Assembly (NCBI GenBank): GCA_965204375.1
Contig: OZ241986.1
Span: 1,472,001-1,536,000, forward strand
Direction: 5' to 3'
DNA: 64,000 bases
DNA from: Candidatus Latescibacterota bacterium
GTDB lineage: Bacteria > Latescibacterota > UBA2968
Under the pieces are notes generated by a model. It was not told where the DNA came from. It made no database searches and saw only the letters and a list, made by a program, of their open reading frames with translations. Shown in pieces: positions 18,332-28,686 of this stretch (positions within the stretch are counted from its first letter, which is position 1; the number at the start of each line of letters is the position of its first letter). A program made the translations under genes and the position numbers.

Positions 18332-20278
18332 GTGGCTTTAGCAAGAGAAGCTGTTGTTCCTGAATCTGCCAGACCCGCCGTGACGTTCCGCGCACTCGTT
18401 TTGGGTACTTTTCTCACAGTGATGGCGACGAATGCCGGATCTTATGCGAGATTTATTCTTCACACTACGAGGTTGGACCAAAACCATCTTTCTGTCGCTG
18501 CTGTTTTTCCCATTGTTGTGATCGCGCTCGTGCTTTTGCGCCCGCTCAAGCTGAGTCGGGGCGAGCTTATTGTAATGTTTACTATGGCATTGATTGGCGC
18601 GACTATGCCCACGTATTTTGTCGGGAAATTGATCGCCAATTTTACGGTGCCATACTATCTGGCAACGCCCGAGAATCAGTGGGCCACCTATTACGAACCC
18701 TATTTGCCAGAGTGGTCTATCCTGCCCGCGGGCGAACCCCTGCGATGGTTTTTCGAAGGGCTGCCGCGCGGGGTTTCCGTGCCGTGGGATGCGTGGATTG
18801 TGCCCGTGTTCTGGTGGATGACTGTGATTGTGGCTTTTTATGGTTGCTGCCTTTTTCTGATGGTCATTCTGCGAAAGCAGTGGATAGAGCACGAGCGCAT
18901 TGACTACCCGCTGATGGAAATGCCTTTAGCCGTGATGGAGGAGGACAAACGAAGGGGCTTTTTCCCAATTCCCATTATGAATAACCCATTGTTCTGGGCG
19001 GGTTTCAGTCTTACGTTGTGTATTATCCTGTGGAATGTCATTTCCTATTTTAGTCCGACCTTTCCGACGATTCCATGGCGCTTTGCGAGTATTCAGTTTG
19101 GGCGCGAATTTCCCCCCATTCCCGTGCGGCTATATCTGATGGTTGTGGGATTTGGATATTTTATCAATCTGGATATTTCGCTGAGCCTGTGGGTGTTCAA
19201 TGTGCTGACCAATCTGGAAAATGGCTTTTTTAACCGCTTTGGGCTAAAAGCCGGTACAGATGAAGAGTATTCCACAGGACCGCTGGCGATGGGCGCGCAA
19301 TCCATGGGGGCATTTATTGTGGTGGTGCTCGTAGGCTTCTGGATGGCACGCGGGCACTTGCACGGGGTTTTTCGCAAGGCATTTTATCGCGATGATTCGG
19401 TTGATGATTCCGATGAGATCGTTTCTTATCGCACGGCGGTTTTTGGCATTATAGCCTGTTCTGCCTATCTGGTCGTCTGGCATTTGGCAACGGGCATGGC
19501 GTTTAAGTATATCCCGATTTTTCTTTTTGGTGCTCTGGTCATGTATCTGGGGATTACGCGGGTTATCGCAGAGACCGGTCTGATTTCTATTCGCGCTCCT
19601 CTGATGCCTCAACCTTTTGCCATGTTTGTGATGGGTTCAGATGTGCTTTCGCAGCAGACGCAGGTTTCTATCGCGCTTTCGTATTCATGGTGCAGCGATA
19701 CCAAAACCACGATTATGCCCGCGCTTGCACATTCTGTAAAGCTTTACGATACTGTTCGAGTCAATCAGCGGCGGTTGATCATACCCATTATTTTGGCGAT
19801 GGTCGCAGGGGTGGTGGCTACATTTATCTATACGATTTATATGGGCTATTTGAATGGTGCTGCAAATTACGGCGGTATTTTTCACGGGGGTCTCGCGCGG
19901 TTTCCCTGGGATAATCTGGTTAAGAAGTCGAAAGATCCCTTTTCGGTGCAGTGGTTGCCCATTATGTATATGGGTATTGGCGCTGCGGTGACGCTGCTTT
20001 TTATGATTTTGCGCTATCGAGTCGCGTGGTGGCCGCTACATCCGATTGGATTTGCGGCTGGACCGGTTTATCCGGTGAACAATGTCATTTTTGCAATTTT
20101 TCTCGCCTGGGCGATCAAGTCTATTGTTTTGCGGATTGGTGGCATTCGCGCCTATCGCGCGGGGCGGCCGTTTTTTATCGGGCTTATTATGGGGCATTTT
20201 GTCGGGGCTGGCATTTCATTTGTCGTCGATATGATCTGGTTTCCGGGGCAGGGGCATAGTATTCCGTTTTCGGATTAG
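18332..20278 (+). CDS. Polytopic membrane protein, DUF6785/DUF6784-like putative transporter
   Basis: Many TM helices; ILRKQWIEHERIDYPL, WWPLHPIGF, PFFIGLIMG motifs. Confidence 0.75.
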   Translation: MALAREAVVPESARPAVTFRALVLGTFLTVMATNAGSYARFILHTTRLDQNHLSVAAVFPIVVIALVLLRPLKLSRGELIVMFTMALIGATMPTYFVGKLIANFTVPYYLATPENQWATYYEPYLPEWSILPAGEPLRWFFEGLPRGVSVPWDAWIVPVFWWMTVIVAFYGCCLFLMVILRKQWIEHERIDYPLMEMPLAVMEEDKRRGFFPIPIMNNPLFWAGFSLTLCIILWNVISYFSPTFPTIPWRFASIQFGREFPPIPVRLYLMVVGFGYFINLDISLSLWVFNVLTNLENGFFNRFGLKAGTDEEYSTGPLAMGAQSMGAFIVVVLVGFWMARGHLHGVFRKAFYRDDSVDDSDEIVSYRTAVFGIIACSAYLVVWHLATGMAFKYIPIFLFGALVMYLGITRVIAETGLISIRAPLMPQPFAMFVMGSDVLSQQTQVSIALSYSWCSDTKTTIMPALAHSVKLYDTVRVNQRRLIIPIILAMVAGVVATFIYTIYMGYLNGAANYGGIFHGGLARFPWDNLVKKSKDPFSVQWLPIMYMGIGAAVTLLFMILRYRVAWWPLHPIGFAAGPVYPVNNVIFAIFLAWAIKSIVLRIGGIRAYRAGRPFFIGLIMGHFVGAGISFVVDMIWFPGQGHSIPFSD

Positions 20279-20306
20279 GAGTATCCATTTTACAGGAGAT
20301 GTTGGA

Positions 20307-21398
20307 ATGAAAATTACGGGTATTGAACTCGACGCCGTGCATGTCAATCACCGCGGGGATTGGGTGTTTGTACATGTGCTTACAGATGAGGGCATCCAGG
20401 GTATAGGGGAGATGCGCTCGGGCAACAATTATGCGGCACAACTGGCGGCTTTGCGCGATTTGGGCGAAGCGGCCAAAGGGTGCGATCCGAGAAAAATTGA
20501 AGCTCTTGTGTCGCGCTATACAAGTACTGAACGCACAAAGGTGGAATTGTTCGCCTTGAGTGCGTTTGAACAAGCGCTATGGGATATTTTGGGCAAATCG
20601 CTCAATGCACCTGTTCACGCGCTTTTGGGAGGGGCGTGTCGAGATGAGATCCGGCTGTATGCGAATATCAATCGGGCGACGACAGACCGATCTCCCGAGG
20701 GGTTTGCTAAAAATGCAGCTGCTGCAGTGGCCGAGGGGTTTGATGCGGTCAAACTGGACCCTTTTGACGGGGTACGCGGTGCCGACAATGCCGGAGACGC
20801 TGCAAGGGGCATTGCGTGTATGCGGGCGGTCCGCGATATCATAGGTCCAGAGGTCGATTTGCTCGTGGATTGTCACAGCAAGTTCACGGTTCGCGGCGCA
20901 ATTGAGGTTGCGGAGGAGGTGCGCGATCTCAATCTTTTCTGGTTTGAGCAACCCACATCAGAATCGAGTCTCGACAATTGTCTCGCCGTAAAAGAAGGAT
21001 GTGGGTTGACCATTGCGGGAGGCGAGCAGCGGGGCTTGCGGCGAGATTGGGTCGAGGTGGTGGAGAATCTCAGCATGCATATTCCCATGCCCGATGTGAC
21101 GGTTGTGGGCGGGATTGGTGAGTTAAAAAAAATAGGGGATATGCTCCACGCCTGGGGGTTGCCCACGGCGCCACACGGTCCCTTTGGTCCTGTTGTGATC
21201 GCGGCAGGTGTGCATGCGATGGCTTCTTTGCCGGGGTTTCTCATTCTGGAATACGGATGGGGAGAGATTCCCTGGCGAAAGGATTTGACCATTCCCGGCG
21301 AGGAGATTGTGAATGGCCGCATTCGCATCAATGATCGGCCGGGTCTCGGCGTTGAATTAAATCCCGATATGGTAGAGAAGCACAGAGTTCAGGTGTGA
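20307..21398 (+). CDS. Mandelate racemase subgroup enolase (galactonate dehydratase-like)
   Basis: EQALWDILGK, LLGGACRDEIRLYAN, DCH, EQP, GGE, PHGP, PGLGVEL. Confidence 0.88.
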   Translation: MKITGIELDAVHVNHRGDWVFVHVLTDEGIQGIGEMRSGNNYAAQLAALRDLGEAAKGCDPRKIEALVSRYTSTERTKVELFALSAFEQALWDILGKSLNAPVHALLGGACRDEIRLYANINRATTDRSPEGFAKNAAAAVAEGFDAVKLDPFDGVRGADNAGDAARGIACMRAVRDIIGPEVDLLVDCHSKFTVRGAIEVAEEVRDLNLFWFEQPTSESSLDNCLAVKEGCGLTIAGGEQRGLRRDWVEVVENLSMHIPMPDVTVVGGIGELKKIGDMLHAWGLPTAPHGPFGPVVIAAGVHAMASLPGFLILEYGWGEIPWRKDLTIPGEEIVNGRIRINDRPGLGVELNPDMVEKHRVQV

Positions 21399-21424
21399 TG
21401 TCTCATAAAACAAAGGAGTATTCG

Positions 21425-22282
21425 ATGTTTAAAAGTCTCAATGCGGGTGCTATTGGCGTAAGAGGAAGCGTTGATGAGTTGATCGGCTATGCAAAACGCG
21501 CTGGATTTCAGGGGGTTGATCCCAATATTCAGGAGATTGCTTCTCTGGTCAATGCACATGGTGCAGAGCATGTGAAGGGGTTGTTTGCCGATGCAGGTTT
21601 GAGAATAGGGGCGTGGGGTTTGTCTGTAAATTGGCGAGGCGATGAAGCCGAGTACAAAGCTGGCTTATCAAAACTGGCAGAGTTTGCCGCTGCTGGTGCT
21701 GCCGTGGGGGCTACGCGGGTTGCTCAATGGGTGCCTTCTGCTTCTGAAGACCTCAAATTTGGCGATAATTTCAGGTGGCATATTGATCGCTTTAAGCCGA
21801 TTGCCGAAATTCTGGGTGAGCAGGGATGCAGCCTGGGGCTGGAGTTTATTGGGCCGCGCACTCTGCGGATGGATAAATCTTATGGGTTTATTCATTCGAT
21901 GGATGGCATGCTCGCACTTGGTCATGCGATTGGCACCGGCAATGTGGGGTTGCTTCTCGATTGCTGGCACTGGTACACGGGGTTGGGGACTATATCAGAT
22001 CTGATGGGGTTGACCGCTGACGATGTGGTGCATGTCCACGTCAATGATGCGCCTGACGGTGTTTATGTAGGCGATCAGATTGACAACAAACGCGCCTTGC
22101 CGGGTGAGACGGGTGTGATTGATCTGGTTGGCTTTCTGAGCGCGTTGCAAAAAATTGGCTACGACGGCCCGGTGTCGCCCGAGCCTTTTAGCCAGTCGGT
22201 ACGAGAAATGGCGGCACAAGATGCCGTGCAAACGACACACGACGCGCTGGATAAGAGTTGGCAAGCCGCTCAGTTATCCTGA
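21425..22282 (+). CDS. Sugar phosphate isomerase/epimerase (xylose-isomerase-like TIM barrel)
   Basis: LGLEFIG, LLLDCWHW, VHVHVND, LPGETGVIDL, GYDGPVSPE. Confidence 0.85.
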   Translation: MFKSLNAGAIGVRGSVDELIGYAKRAGFQGVDPNIQEIASLVNAHGAEHVKGLFADAGLRIGAWGLSVNWRGDEAEYKAGLSKLAEFAAAGAAVGATRVAQWVPSASEDLKFGDNFRWHIDRFKPIAEILGEQGCSLGLEFIGPRTLRMDKSYGFIHSMDGMLALGHAIGTGNVGLLLDCWHWYTGLGTISDLMGLTADDVVHVHVNDAPDGVYVGDQIDNKRALPGETGVIDLVGFLSALQKIGYDGPVSPEPFSQSVREMAAQDAVQTTHDALDKSWQAAQLS

Positions 22283-22293
22283 GGAGAATTGCG

Positions 22294-22848
22294 ATGGAGG
22301 CTTTTGTCGAGAATTATATCGCGCAGAATTTGACCTTGCTCAAGTCGCTGGATGCCGGGACGATAGCCCGTATTATTGCCGAGTTTGGCAAGGCGAGAGA
22401 TACGCGCAAGAGAATTTACGCCATCGGCAATGGGGGTAGCGCGAGTACGGCATCGCATTTTGTGAACGATATGGGCAAGGGTGCTTCAATTGGGCGCGAA
22501 ACGCGATTTAAGACGATTCCACTGACAGATAATGTGGAGTGGATGACGGCGTTGAGCAATGATTTGTGTTACGAAGATGTGTATGTCGAGCAATTGAAAA
22601 ATTTTGCGGAACCCGGCGATGTTTTGCTGGCAATAAGCGGCAGTGGAAATTCCGAAAATGTGTTGCGGGCGGTGCGGTATGCCAATGAGGTGGGTTGTGT
22701 TACTATTGGGTTTACGGGATTTGAGGGGGGAAAGCTTAGAGAACTCGTTCAACATTGTGTGGTGATTCCCTCTGACCACATGGGGCGCATTGAAGATATG
22801 CATCTTATTTTGCAACACATGATTTGTTATTATTTTATGGAACAGTGA
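22294..22848 (+). CDS. SIS-domain phosphoheptose isomerase (GmhA-like)
   Basis: GNGGSASTASHF, TALSND, ISGSGNSENV, IEDMH. Confidence 0.85.
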   Translation: MEAFVENYIAQNLTLLKSLDAGTIARIIAEFGKARDTRKRIYAIGNGGSASTASHFVNDMGKGASIGRETRFKTIPLTDNVEWMTALSNDLCYEDVYVEQLKNFAEPGDVLLAISGSGNSENVLRAVRYANEVGCVTIGFTGFEGGKLRELVQHCVVIPSDHMGRIEDMHLILQHMICYYFMEQ

Positions 22849-22857
22849 GCATCAGGC

Positions 22858-23907
22858 ATGGTTCGACTGTATGGGTGTCTGTTAATTCTCGTGTTCGGCT
22901 TTGGATCCGAGATCGGGTATCTCTATCAGCTGGCCAAAGGCCAGGCTGCGCTTCTGTGGAAAGCAGAACCTATTGACAAGGTGCTGAAAACGGGAACGCT
23001 CTCGCCCGATCAGCGCGCAAAATTGGAACTCGTACAGGCTATTCGCGCATTTGCCCAACGCGAAATCGGTCTGAATACCTCTAAAAATTACACTACGTAT
23101 GTCGATATTGGGCGCGGGCCGGTGTCGTGGAATCTCGTTGTTTGTCCCCAAGATCGCCTTGAGCCACTCGAATGGTCTTACCCTGTTGTGGGGGCGGTTC
23201 CCTACCGGGGATATTTTGATCGTGCAAAAGCCGAGAAAGCGCGCGATCAATATGTGGCTGATGGGTATGACACTTATTTGCGACCAGTGGGCGCATATAG
23301 CACGCTGGGATGGTTTTCCGATCCGGTATTGAGCTCTATGTTGCGCTATTCCGAAGGCAACCTGGCCGATCTCATCATTCACGAGTTGACGCATGCAACT
23401 GTGTGGATTGAAGGGGATGTTACCTTTAATGAGAGTCTGGCGAGTTTTGTCGGAGAAACCGGGGCACTGATGTGGTTGCAGCGCAAATACGGTACAGATT
23501 CCGAAGCGGTGCGTCGGGTGCTTGACGAGCGTGCAGATGGTGTTGTTTTTCGAAAATTTATGCGCGATATTACCTCTCGCCTCAATTCGCTTTATCAGTC
23601 CGATTCTCCCCATAAGATAACGCAACGCCAGCAGATTTTTGATTCCGCACGCACAGAATTTCACACTCTCCCTCTTAAGACTGATCTATATGCCCGATTT
23701 CCTTCGTGGGAACTCAACAACGCGCGGATGGCTCTTTACCGGGTTTATCGAGAGCGCACGGATGTGTTTGCGCGCGTGTATCAGGCGTGTGATAATGATT
23801 TGAAAGCTACGGTTGAGGTTTTGCGAAGGTGTGCGAGTGTGGAGAATCCCACAGCGTGGCTGGAGGAATGGCTGGAGCGGGAATTAAAAATTAGGGGGTC
23901 GCTATGA
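22858..23907 (+). CDS. Putative zinc aminopeptidase (DUF2265-type)
   Basis: YPVVGAVPYRGYF, AYSTLGWFSDP, IIHELTH (HExxH), FNESLA. Confidence 0.85.
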   Translation: MVRLYGCLLILVFGFGSEIGYLYQLAKGQAALLWKAEPIDKVLKTGTLSPDQRAKLELVQAIRAFAQREIGLNTSKNYTTYVDIGRGPVSWNLVVCPQDRLEPLEWSYPVVGAVPYRGYFDRAKAEKARDQYVADGYDTYLRPVGAYSTLGWFSDPVLSSMLRYSEGNLADLIIHELTHATVWIEGDVTFNESLASFVGETGALMWLQRKYGTDSEAVRRVLDERADGVVFRKFMRDITSRLNSLYQSDSPHKITQRQQIFDSARTEFHTLPLKTDLYARFPSWELNNARMALYRVYRERTDVFARVYQACDNDLKATVEVLRRCASVENPTAWLEEWLERELKIRGSL

Positions 23908-25058
23908 CTTACAGAGTCGGTATTATTGGATGCGGTTCGATTGCGCGCAGTCATGCCGATGGGTATTTGCGCGTTGCCAATGCAGAGATGGTGGCGGTTG
24001 CCGATCCCCATCCGGTTGCGCGAGAACAATTTTGCGAGGAGTTTGGCATTCCCAATGCATACCCTTCGGTGGAGGAGATGGTTGCAAAGGAGGACCTCGA
24101 TATCGTCAGTGTTTGTACGTGGCATCTGCTCCATCCCGACTGTACGATTGACGCGGCGAATGGTGGTGTGCCGGGTATTATTTGCGAGAAGCCCATGGCG
24201 ATTGGTCTTGGCGAGGCAGATCGCATGCTGGATGCGTGTGAAAAAAATGGGTCAAAGCTGGTGGTCAGTCATCAGCGGCGTTTTACTCCCGGTTGGGAAA
24301 AAGCGCAAGCTCTGATGCGAGAGAAGGTTATTGGCGATGCTGTAATGGTGCATGGACAGGTCGCTCAGGGGCTGATCAACTGGGCGACGCATACTATTGA
24401 CGGCATTCGGTTTGTCCTGGATGATCCAGAAGCCGAGTGGGTGATGGGTGCTGTCGAGCGGCAGACCGACCGCTTTGAACGCGATACGCCGATCGAGGAT
24501 GCGTGTATGGGTTTGGTCGCATTTGCCAATGGCGCTCAGGCTTTGATCCAGGCGGATTTGAACCGGCCGGGTGAACAGGCGGGGCATTTTCAGATTCGCG
24601 GCTCAGAGGGATTGATGGAAGTGACCGAAAACGCGGTGCGCGTATTCAATGCAACGACCGATGGATGGAAAGATGTGGAAATTATAGCTGATGAGGGGGT
24701 CCGCGCAATTGGCGGCGAGACCAACGCCGCTTCTGTGCGCGAGTTGATCGCGTGGTTAGAAGGAGGCGAGGAGCACCGCGCTTCGGGACGCAAGGCGCGT
24801 GCGACTGTCGAAATTATGATGGCACTTTTTGAATCCGCGCGACAACATCGGGTTGTGCACCTGCCACTTGAGGAAATGGGCTATCCGCTGCAATTGATGA
24901 TCGAAGAGGGCAAGCTGCCCGTTGCTGTGCCAGGGCGATACGATATTCGCGCATTTCTCAATCCCGAAGGGATGGATGAAGCGGCTTACAGGCAGCTGCG
25001 GGCTGAAGGTGTGACCCATTCTGCTGCGATGCGACAGCTTGCAGAAGAAAGGCACTGA
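23904..25058 (+). CDS. Gfo/Idh/MocA family oxidoreductase
   Basis: VGIIGCGSIA, IICEKPM, HQRRF. Confidence 0.9.
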   Translation: MTYRVGIIGCGSIARSHADGYLRVANAEMVAVADPHPVAREQFCEEFGIPNAYPSVEEMVAKEDLDIVSVCTWHLLHPDCTIDAANGGVPGIICEKPMAIGLGEADRMLDACEKNGSKLVVSHQRRFTPGWEKAQALMREKVIGDAVMVHGQVAQGLINWATHTIDGIRFVLDDPEAEWVMGAVERQTDRFERDTPIEDACMGLVAFANGAQALIQADLNRPGEQAGHFQIRGSEGLMEVTENAVRVFNATTDGWKDVEIIADEGVRAIGGETNAASVRELIAWLEGGEEHRASGRKARATVEIMMALFESARQHRVVHLPLEEMGYPLQLMIEEGKLPVAVPGRYDIRAFLNPEGMDEAAYRQLRAEGVTHSAAMRQLAEERH

Positions 25059-25066
25059 GCGATACT

Positions 25067-27469
25067 ATGAATGCAGACCGTAAATTTTTGCCTTTTCTAA
25101 TTATCCTCTTTGTGGGAAGTGGATGCGCTGCGCTCATTTACGAAATTGTCTGGTTTCAGATGCTGCAACTGATTATCGGGTCTTCGGCAATTTCTCTCGG
25201 CATATTGCTGGGGACTTTTATGGGCGGAATGTGCGTTGGCAGCGTGATGCTTTCGCGCGTAATTTCAACGCGCTACCATCCGTTAAAGGTCTATGCGCTT
25301 TTGGAATTGGGCATTGGTGTCTCGGGCATGATTTTGCTTTTCGTCCTGCCCCTGATTGGCACGATTTATATTGGTGTGGCAACTTATGGATTGTGGGGAC
25401 ATTTCCTGCGGGGGATTGTCTGTGCGATCTGTCTTTTTTTTCCCACAGTGTTAATGGGTGCGACCCTGCCCGCGATAGCGCGGTGGACAGAATCAACGCC
25501 TCGCGGTGTTTCGTGGCTCGGTTTTTTTTACGGGGGCAATATCGCTGGTGCTGTTTGCGGGTGTTTGTTCGCGGGTTTTTATTTGCTGCGCCTGTACGAT
25601 GTGGTTACGGCGACTTATGTGGCGGTTGCGCTCAATTTTGCCGTAGCACTTGTCGGATATGGGTTGGCACAATGGGCTGAGTACCATGCGTCAAGGGGAA
25701 AGACGACCACGCTCAGTTTGTGGATGATAGACGCCTGGCGAGTTTATGTGGCTATTGCAATTTCTGGCGCGTGCGCGCTGGGTGCTCAGGTAATTTGGAC
25801 GCGGTTGCTGTCGCTAATGATGGGGGCGACTGTTTACGCTTTTTCGATTATTCTCGGGGTTTTTCTAATCGGGTTGGGTGTGGGGAGTAGTGTGGGGGCG
25901 TATTTTGCACGCACAAAAGTAAATCCCAAAATTGCACTTGGATGGTGTCAGCTTCTTCTTGTTGGCGCGATTTCCTGGGCGGCTTACGCGCTTTCTCAGT
26001 TGCTTCCCTATTGGACATCGGGCGGGACTTACGCGGTGCAGTTTCAACTGGATTTGCTGCGTTGTTTTGTGGCTATTTTCCCCGCGACTATGCTGTGGGG
26101 CATGAGTTTTCCACTGGCACTTGCCGCGGCGCGTTCTCAGGGAGGTGATCCCGGTGCTTTGGCCGGGAGCGTGTATGCGGCCAATACGGCAGGTGCAATT
26201 GTGGGGGCGCTCGGTTTTAGTGTGGTTTTAATCGCGATTTTGGGGACGCAGATGGCGCAACAGGTGTTACTCGTCCTTTCTGCATTTGGGGCCGTTTTGA
26301 TGTTTGGACGCAGTTTGTGGCAGGTACGCGATGCGGACAGGACTGTTAGATCAGATCGGTGGGTCGGCGTTTTGGTGGGTGTTGTTTTGCTGGTGTGGAG
26401 TATGCCAGGGCCGCCGCCGTCGCTGATTGCTTACGGTCGTGCGCTTCTCGATTGGGGAGAGGACGCGACATATATTTACGCGGATGAGGGGATGAATGCA
26501 TCGGTTGCGGTGTCTGAGTTGGACAATGGCGTGCGGAATTTTCACGTGAGCGGAAAAATCGTAGCATCCAGCGAGCCACAGGATATGCGTTTGCAGCGCC
26601 TGTTGGGGCACCTTTCTGCATTGATGCACAGGGAACCGCGTTCTGTGCTCGTGGTTGGGTGCGGTGCGGGGGTGACGGCGGGAATTTATGTTTTATATCC
26701 GAGTGTTGAACGCATTGTGATCTGTGAGATCGAGCCACTGATTCCACCTGCAGCTGAGGTGTATTTTGGCCCAGAGAATTACGATGTGTTAAAAGACCCC
26801 CGCGTAGAGATCATTATTGACGATGCGCGACATTATCTGCTGGCAACAGATGAGAAATTCGATATCATTACGTCTGATCCGATTCACCCCTGGGTTAAGG
26901 GTGCTGGGGCGCTGTATTCAAAAGAGTATTTTGAATTGTGCAAAAAGCGTTTGAATCCCGGAGGTGTTGTGACCCAGTGGGTTCCGCTTTACGAGTCGCG
27001 GTTGGATGCGGTGAAGAGCGAGATCGCGACTTTTTTTCAGGTGTTTCCGCACGGGACAATTTGGGGCAATCAAGATGATGGCGAGGGATATGATGTTGTG
27101 CTATTGGGACAGAAAGATTCTCGCGTCGTCGATGTGGATGCCTTGCAGGCGCGTTTGGATCGCGAGGATTATACGGAGGTGTGGCATTCGCTGAATGATG
27201 TGTCTCTGGGATCGGCTGTCGCGCTGCTTTCGACGTATGCCGGGCGTGCATCTGACCTGGACGAATGGCTCACAGATGCGCAGATCAATCTGGATCGCAA
27301 TATGCGGCTCCAGTATTTGGCGGGATTGGGTTTGAATAACTATGAGGCAGATGTGATTTATACGGCGCTTTTGGAACATGCGCGTTATCCCGATAATTTT
27401 TTTATTGCGGCCAAAGCGACAGAAACCGCATTGAAGGCGCAACTTGACCGGCAACATACAGGAAGATGA
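25067..27469 (+). CDS. Fused membrane domain / spermidine-synthase-like SAM-dependent protein
   Basis: SGCAALIYEIVW TM repeat twice; VLVVGCGAGVT, CEIEP, DDARHYL, FDIITSDP. Confidence 0.85.
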   Translation: MNADRKFLPFLIILFVGSGCAALIYEIVWFQMLQLIIGSSAISLGILLGTFMGGMCVGSVMLSRVISTRYHPLKVYALLELGIGVSGMILLFVLPLIGTIYIGVATYGLWGHFLRGIVCAICLFFPTVLMGATLPAIARWTESTPRGVSWLGFFYGGNIAGAVCGCLFAGFYLLRLYDVVTATYVAVALNFAVALVGYGLAQWAEYHASRGKTTTLSLWMIDAWRVYVAIAISGACALGAQVIWTRLLSLMMGATVYAFSIILGVFLIGLGVGSSVGAYFARTKVNPKIALGWCQLLLVGAISWAAYALSQLLPYWTSGGTYAVQFQLDLLRCFVAIFPATMLWGMSFPLALAAARSQGGDPGALAGSVYAANTAGAIVGALGFSVVLIAILGTQMAQQVLLVLSAFGAVLMFGRSLWQVRDADRTVRSDRWVGVLVGVVLLVWSMPGPPPSLIAYGRALLDWGEDATYIYADEGMNASVAVSELDNGVRNFHVSGKIVASSEPQDMRLQRLLGHLSALMHREPRSVLVVGCGAGVTAGIYVLYPSVERIVICEIEPLIPPAAEVYFGPENYDVLKDPRVEIIIDDARHYLLATDEKFDIITSDPIHPWVKGAGALYSKEYFELCKKRLNPGGVVTQWVPLYESRLDAVKSEIATFFQVFPHGTIWGNQDDGEGYDVVLLGQKDSRVVDVDALQARLDREDYTEVWHSLNDVSLGSAVALLSTYAGRASDLDEWLTDAQINLDRNMRLQYLAGLGLNNYEADVIYTALLEHARYPDNFFIAAKATETALKAQLDRQHTGR

Positions 27470-27500
27470 TGGTAGGTTCAAAAAAGGAGGCGTTTACAGT

Positions 27501-28610
27501 ATGGAAAAAGTGAGAGTTGGCATTATTGGCATTGGTGGGAGAGGGGGAGGTCACGCGAAATTTTTTGCGGAGGGCGATATTCCACATGGGGAATTGACAG
27601 CGGTGTGCGATGTCGATCCGGATAGGATTCAGTGGGCGCGTGAAACCCTCGGGGAAAACGTGCGGACATTCGACAACGGCGATGAGTTGATCACTTCGGG
27701 AGCTGTTGATGCGATTATTGTGGCGACGCCGCATTACGATCATCCGACTTATGCGGTAAAGGGATTTGAGAACGATTTGCATGTTCTGATAGAGAAACCT
27801 GCAGGCGTATATACCAGACAAGTCTATGAGATGAATGAGGCCGCTGAAAAAAGTGGCAAAGTGTTTGCCCTGATGTTCAATCAGCGAACTCGCCCACACC
27901 ATCAAAAATTACGAGAATTGGTGGCTTCTGGCGAATTGGGAGATATTCAGCGCACGAATTATATCGTCACCAACTGGTTTCGCGCTCAAAGTTATTACGA
28001 TAAGGGCGAATGGCGCGCGACATGGTCGGGTGAGGGGGGCGGCGTGTTGTTGAATCAGTGTCCTCATAACTTGGATTTGTGGCAGTGGATTTGCGGGATG
28101 CCCTCGCGCGTGCGCGCTTTTATCAGCTATGGCAAATACCACGATATTGAGGTGGATGACGATGTCACTGCGTACGTGGAATACGATAGCGGTGCGACGG
28201 GGGTGTTCATTACCACAACCGGAGAGTTTCCCGGAAGCAATCGTCTCGAGATAGCGACGGATCGCGGCAAGGTAATTATGGAAGACAACAAAATTGTGTG
28301 GTGGCGTTCGAACGTTTCCCTGAGCGAATTCTCTCGGGGATATACGGGCGGTTTTGGCAAACCCAAATCGGAAAAGCTCGATATCCCTCTCGGCGAAGAT
28401 GGCGGGGCGCACCGCGGCATAATTAACAACTGGTGTGATGCCATATTGAATGGGAGTCCGCTTCTCGCGCCTGGAGTTGAGGGCATTCACGGGGTTGAAT
28501 TGGCGAATGCGATGCTTTTGTCTTCATGGTTGAACGATTGGGTCGATATTCCCGTTGATCGGGACCTGTATTTTGAAAAATTACAGGAAAAAATCTCGAT
28601 CGCGGATTAA
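27501..28610 (+). CDS. Gfo/Idh/MocA family oxidoreductase
   Basis: VGIIGIGGRG, ATPHYDH, HVLIEKP, GGGVLLNQCPHNLD. Confidence 0.9.
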   Translation: MEKVRVGIIGIGGRGGGHAKFFAEGDIPHGELTAVCDVDPDRIQWARETLGENVRTFDNGDELITSGAVDAIIVATPHYDHPTYAVKGFENDLHVLIEKPAGVYTRQVYEMNEAAEKSGKVFALMFNQRTRPHHQKLRELVASGELGDIQRTNYIVTNWFRAQSYYDKGEWRATWSGEGGGVLLNQCPHNLDLWQWICGMPSRVRAFISYGKYHDIEVDDDVTAYVEYDSGATGVFITTTGEFPGSNRLEIATDRGKVIMEDNKIVWWRSNVSLSEFSRGYTGGFGKPKSEKLDIPLGEDGGAHRGIINNWCDAILNGSPLLAPGVEGIHGVELANAMLLSSWLNDWVDIPVDRDLYFEKLQEKISIAD

Positions 28611-28647
28611 ACGGATTGCACGGATAGCGCGGATTAAACGGATGGAC
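28601..28647. repeat. Tandem 9-nt repeat (CGGATnnnn x5) overlapping a stop codon
   Basis: CGGATTAAA CGGATTGCA CGGATAGCG CGGATTAAA CGGATGGAC. Confidence 0.8.
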
Positions 28648-28686
28648 TGGTCTCCCACACAGGCAGATTCGCATTGGAGGACATAA

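Noticed and set aside
28601-28647. Periodic repeats here and at 10951, 32585 and 53055 as CRISPR arrays
   Set aside because: Units are 7-10 nt with no unique 25-45 nt spacers, and there are no cas genes in the window.
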